From positions 3,472,001 through 3,536,000 of the forward strand of contig OU015566.1 of assembly GCA_907165135.1 (NCBI GenBank): DNA of 64,000 bases, given 5' to 3'. Shown here one piece after another: positions 58,876 through 64,000 of the stretch; within the stretch, counting starts at the first letter, position 1, and each line of letters opens with the position of its first letter. A program made the translations under genes and the position numbers. The DNA is from Oikopleura dioica. Taxonomy: Eukaryota; Animalia; Chordata. Under the pieces are notes generated by a model. That model ran no database searches. It saw only the letters and a program-made list of their open reading frames with translations, and was not told where the DNA came from.

Positions 58876-61049
58876 CGCTAGAAAGCCGTGGCTGGAGATG
58901 CATCGAGCTAGAAGACGGCTCCCGTCATCTCCACTTTTCGAGCCCTTCAGTCGGCCTTGGCGATGTTGGAGAATTAATCGAGTACGACCGCGGTGGAGAA
59001 ATTCATCGAGGAACTCTGGTTGCCACTTCGGAGATGGGAGTCACTTCGATCGATCTTTTCAATGACATTTTGGTGTGCGAAGAAGACTTGGGAGTGTTGC
59101 TCAAGAATCAGGGGATTTCACCGTTGCCCAGTAAAGCAGGGTTATTGATTCAGGCATATCTAGTCTTCGCCCGAGAAGCTCAAGTCGACGTCTTTGATCC
59201 CATCAACATCTACCCCAAATCCGACCAGCCGCTTGAAGAAACCATCATCATCGACAACACGGAATCGATCTGCTTCGAAGACCACAAAGTCGAAACCGCA
59301 AGTCCAGTAAGAAGACCTCCGAGAAGAGCGCAAATCCAAGCGCAAGAAATAACGATTGACCAGGATACGTTTGACTCGCTCGATGATGATCAGAATTACG
59401 AGCCAATTGAAGATATGGATGATGATCAAGAACAAGAATACAGGCCGCCGAAGAAATCTGTCAAGGAAAGGGATGAAAAAATTAAAAACAATCATTGTTG
59501 TTATTTTTTGATACCCCTCTTTGAAGACCGAAAAAGACTCGCGAAAGAAAGCCGAGAAAACAAAAAAGCCAAAACCGACCGGAAACGATAGTCTCACCTT
59601 CGCAGAAAAAATGGTCGCCATCCGCCAAGCCTGCATTCACTGCGGCGGGAATCCCGAAACTCTTTCTTCCTGGGATCAGCGATCGTACGAAACGACCATG
59701 TCGAAACATCTCTTCGAAGAACACCAGATAAAGGATGAAATTTACCAGGAAGACGAGTATCATGAAAAATTGAACGAAAACTACCCCGAAAATCCGGAAA
59801 AACGAGAAGTGGATGGGGTCAAGATGAACAAATGCCCAAAATGCCCGGCTATGCTGAAGCGAGACATCGACTACAGGAAGCATCTTCAATGGCACGATCT
59901 CCTCGATCGGTCGGGAAAACTGCAGCAAGGAGAACTCTACCCTTGCATCCACTGCCCTGCGTTTTTCGAATCAGTTGGCTCGCATAGAACTCACGAGGAT
60001 CAAGTTCATCCATTTATAAAATTCAAGTGCAGAGCTTGTGACAAGTCTTTTTCGACAAGACAAAATGTAAAAATCAAATTATATCAGACCCAAATGTAAA
60101 TATTCTACCTTATATCTTGATGAACCTCGATTGTCTTTTTTATGTAATTCTAGAGGGGCCAGCATTGGAGTTTGATGCATCGAATCGACGCCTGCGAAAC
60201 CTGCGAATTCTGCGGAAAGGTCTTCAACAACAATCGCCAGCTAAGAGAGCATATCCGAAGCCATGACGAGTCGAAATCCTGCACTTGCGAACTTTGCGGC
60301 AAGGCTTTCAAGGTAATATTTTCTCTTCCTCAATTTCATTACTCTCTCTAGAATCCGTACGCGCTGAAAAAGCACATGCGGTGGCATCAAGACGCAACGA
60401 TCAAATGCGAAATTTGCGACGATAAGTTCGTGTACTCCGACGCGCTGGAAACGCATTTGGTTCGCGTTCACAACAAGCCGAGAAAATTCACCTGCGAGTT
60501 CTGCGGCACTCAGTTTATTCATCAAAAGCATTGGAGAAGACACTTGAACAAGCACAACGCCAGTCCGGATAAAGTGTATCCAACGCAGACGATCAGGAGG
60601 GGTTACACGAAGAGCTCGAATAAATACTGGGAGGACAAAAAGGTACAGTTAAACAAAAGAGCATCTCAAGATTTGGCTCTTTATTGGTCAAATTTTCATG
60701 TTTTTATATTATAAAACTGTACTAATTTTCCTCTTCCTAGCTTTATCCAGGCCTGAATTTGTTGAAACGAAATCAGAACAAGAAAATCAGCCCGAAGACC
60801 AACCAAGAAATCGTTGTTGCCACTTCTCAGTCGCTCCAGCAAGTCGTCAGTCAAGAGCAAATTGTGCACTTCAAAAATGGGCAGCCCATTGCTACGACTT
60901 GGCGAACCATTCCTGTTCAAGGCAAATCTTATTCATTTTGCCCGTTTTTTATTTGGTTTTTAGGTGGAGGAAGTCCTGTTCAAGTCAATCAAGTTTTTCC
61001 TGTCGACGGGCAAATTGGGCCATTTTCTGTTCAGCAAAATAATCAGTGA
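58876..61049 (+). CDS. C2H2 zinc-finger protein; 5' end uncertain
   Basis: Tandem CxxC...HxxxH fingers (CPKCPAMLKRDIDYRKHLQWH, CIHCPAFFESVGSHRTHEDQVH, CEICDDKFVYSDALETHLVRVH, CEFCGTQFIHQKHWRRHLNKH), with an acidic linker upstream. Confidence 0.88.
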
Positions 61050-61087
61050 TTCGTTCTTTTTCGGAAAATAAAAAGGTTTTGTTTCAG

Positions 61088-61577
61088 ATGTTGTTGTTTA
61101 CCTATGGAACTTTGAAAAGAAACTTTCCAAATCACCAGATGCTCCTTTCCGTCGGAGCGGAATTTATCTCTGAAGCTAGGACCCAGGAGGTATTTTATCG
61201 TAATAAAAACGCCGTCAATTCTGCTTCTCTAGAAATATGGGCTAGTTATTGGAACAGACTTCAATATTCCTGCTCTGTTTTTCGACCCAGAAGCAAAGAA
61301 AGTCCAAGGCGAGCTCTACTCCGTCTCAGATTATAAAATAGACGATGTCGATGCGCTAGAAGGCCATCCAGTTGTTTATACAAGGAAAACAATGAAAATT
61401 TGTTATGAAGAGAAAACTGTCGAAGCATTTGTTTATGTCATCGAAGATCCTCATGAGAAACTTTTGGCGAAAATGAGACTTGAGGAGTACAAAATTGAAG
61501 ATACAGAAAAGTATATTCCACCTTCAAAAAGATTCCCAGGTGGGGTTACTTTTTTATATGCGGATTTACTCTTTTGA
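61088..61577 (+). CDS. GGACT: Gamma-glutamylamine cyclotransferase (AIG2-like)
   Basis: LFTYGTLKRNFPNH, VQGELYSV, DALEGHPVVYTR, AFVY; one intron. Confidence 0.88.
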
Positions 61578-61809
61578 TAGAAATAAAAGATGTCGAAGAA
61601 AAAAGAAAACTTTTATCTGCTCAGTTCAAATCTCAATAAACTCTAACCGAACATGCAAATCAATTTTCGAAAAACCGCAGAAAAATTAGAAATGAAATCA
61701 AAATTGATCAAATATTCAATATTGGGCGTGGTCTCATTACTTCCTGAAGTTTTTCGATCCACTCTTTCCATTTTCGAAAATCGAAAAGAGCAAAAAGAGA
61801 AGAGAAAAT

Positions 61810-62931
61810 ATGGGAAAAGGAAAAGTGGGGATTGTGGGGTCCGGATTGGTAGGAAAATCCTGGGCGATGATTTTTGCTTCGGCTGGGTACAATGTCACGA
61901 TGTATGACATCAACAATGAAGCTGTTCAAAATGCACTCGGTAAAGCCTTCTTATCAAATTTTTCGTTATCATTTTTCAGTCGATATCGAGGCTCAACTCT
62001 TGGCTCTAGAAAAATCTCAGCTTCTTCGAGGATCCCTTTCGCCAAAAGAGCAAAAAGACCTCATCACCGGAACCACTTCCCTCGAGGAATGCATCAAAGA
62101 CGCGTTTTTCATCCAAAGCGCGATTCCAGAAAACCCCGATTTGAAGAAAAAGGTCTTCAAGAACATCGCTGAATTGGTGGAAAAAGATGATGTTATCATT
62201 TCTTCTTCAACTTCTTGTTTGATGCCAGATATAATTTTCAGCGACAGCGCTAGAAAAAGCCAGTCGATCATTTGCCACCCGGTCAATCCTCCTTATTACG
62301 CTCCGATGGTCGAGATTATTCCTCACGATGAAACTACACAGGTCAGAAAACTGGGTCCGAAGCCCGATTACATTTGATTTCAGGATATCAGAAAACGTAC
62401 TCGAGAAATCATGGCCGAAGTTGGTCAAAAACCCGTCCTCCTGAATCGAGCCATTGATGGCTTTGCCCTGAATAGAATCCAGTACTCCGTGATCAACGAA
62501 AGCTGGAGACTCGTTCAGGATGGAATCATGTCTCCTGAAGATGTCGATACTGTTCTTACAGGTTTCTTTCTCTGAAAAAATTTTGGTGTTAAAATTTTTG
62601 ATCAGCCGGTCTTGGAATGAGATACGCAACAATTGGACCTTTCGAGACAATTCATCTCAATGCCGAAGGAGTCAGGTAACCAAATCAGGCTCTAGAAACG
62701 AATAAATCACGGTTTTCAAGGGAGTACATGGAGAAATTCGCGAGTTCAATAAAACGAGTCTCTGCCACTTTTGGCCCGACCCCTGATTACAGTGGAGAAG
62801 CGCTGGAAAAAATCTGCGACATGATTGAGGCGAAAATTCCGCTCGACCAAATGGCAAAACGAAGGGCAAGAAGAGACAAACTTCTCGCCGGAATGGCGAA
62901 ACTGCTCAAAGAACTTGATTCTGAAGAATAA
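61810..62931 (+). CDS. CRYL1: Lambda-crystallin homolog / L-gulonate 3-dehydrogenase
   Basis: VGIVGSGLVGKSWAMIFASAGYNVTMYDI, FIQSAIPENPDLKKKVF, SSSTSCLMP, HPVNPPYYAPMVEIIP, GFALNRIQYS, GPFETIHLNAEG. Confidence 0.93.
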
Positions 62932-63099
62932 AATTTCAAAAAAAAAAATGCAAAATGAATGAATTTCGAAAACATCGGTTCCAAAAAGATTGCAGCAGTC
63001 TCTAGAACTTGATTTACTTTTTACTTGTTATGCAACCATTACTATCAGTTTCAGTTTTTAAAGAAAAAGAACGCCCCGCACCCTCAAAAAACGGGGAAA

Positions 63100-63560
63100 A
63101 TGCAGGGTGTGCGCCCAAATTGGAACCAAGAAATTCCACAGTATTGGTTAGACAAAGGAATGGATGCAGAAACTATTGAAAAATGGTACATTGTCGTCAG
63201 AATCAGTAAGTTTGTCGAAGAAAAGATAAGACAAATGCCTTTTAGTTGCACTTTGCTTAATTGCGATTTCGGTTTTCAATTATGTTTTCACATGGTGGAT
63301 TCGAAAGAACCTCTCTCCTCTGAAGAAAATCGGAGATGAACCCCTAACAAGAATCGAAAGATATGCTCAAGCTTGTAAGCTTGGCCAAGAACCTGCGATG
63401 AATTTCATCTCTTCCACCCTTATAACGAACGATAGAGTTTACATTATTCTTCGGATGATTCTCGCCCTTTGGTCATTATTTTTGACAGCTGCTGCTCCTG
63501 AAGGCTTGCGGACGCCATTTTTTGCTACGTATTATCCAACTGGTACAGTTTTTTTCTTCT
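63100..63560 (+). CDS. 5' part of a membrane protein, possibly rolling-stone-like; probably continues beyond the window
   Basis: MQGVRPNWNQEIPQYWLDKG.. exons, then DRVYIILRMILALWSLFLTAAAPEGLRTPFFATYYPT before a GT donor at ~63542. Confidence 0.45.
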
Positions 63561-64000
63561 TTTGTGGACCCTATTTTTGTGGACATTTTCTTCATTTTAA
63601 GGGGTTTTCGTGGGACACTTTTGCAAGGATAATGTTCCACTTTTGTGGACATTTGTCCAGCCGAAAAAAATTAAGAGGAAAAAATAGGGTGATTTTTTCA
63701 AAAATTAGAATTTTTTTGATAAGAAATCAATGGCTTTTACTGTTTAATTGACCAAAAATGGTAAAAAAAAGGCAAAAAAATGCGTTTCGATGATGAAATT
63801 TGCCAATTTTCGAAGAAAAATTTATCGAAGAAAAAATTTTAAGCCCCTATGGCGGGACATTTTTTGGAATACTGTTGCCCACTTTTGTGGACATTTTTAT
63901 GAAAATTTGGGACAAAAAATTTCCACAAAAAAGGAAAATAACTGTATATTTTTTGAATGTTTTTTTTAAAAATATTTAGCGACAATCATCACAATCTACG

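Noticed and set aside
59160-59952. Long antisense ORFs over the zinc-finger, IMMT, RADIL-like and SDR genes
   Set aside because: They are shadow ORFs on the opposite strand of well-supported genes, with no motifs of their own.
1-64000. rRNA, tRNA or snRNA genes
   Set aside because: No cloverleaf, A/B-box or rRNA-like sequence was recognised; a tRNAscan or Infernal run would be needed to exclude them.

Overview
This is eukaryotic nuclear DNA from a very compact, intron-rich animal genome. Modal introns of about 40-50 bp, GA-AG/GG-AG/GC-AG introns and tightly packed co-oriented genes point to the larvacean tunicate Oikopleura dioica (an inference). Gene models were spliced by hand, so exon borders are approximate. 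Recognisable genes: an SdsA1/BDS1-type alkyl sulfatase, a ZP-domain protein, a type-B carboxylesterase, cGMP-dependent protein kinase, a core-2/I-branching GlcNAc transferase, IMMT/MIC60, a Myb/SANT-like protein, UFD1, an MS4A-like four-TM protein, an SLC22 transporter, three tandem SDR copies, a secreted Cys-rich/beta-propeller protein, a RADIL-like FHA-DIL-PDZ protein, a C2H2 zinc-finger protein, GGACT and CRYL1. The most unusual items are five: (1) a ~7-8-TM membrane protein spliced in frame to a catalytically dead tyrosine-kinase domain; (2) a 4 kb DNA transposon in a UFD1 intron, with long TIRs, an apparent 3-bp TSD and an intron-containing Sola-like transposase, one intron of which holds a 63-bp-unit foldback array; (3) three different TTAA-flanked elements chained in one PKG intron; (4) a stand-alone HNF1/HMBOX1-type dimerisation microprotein; (5) a small secreted gene with an in-frame TGA.
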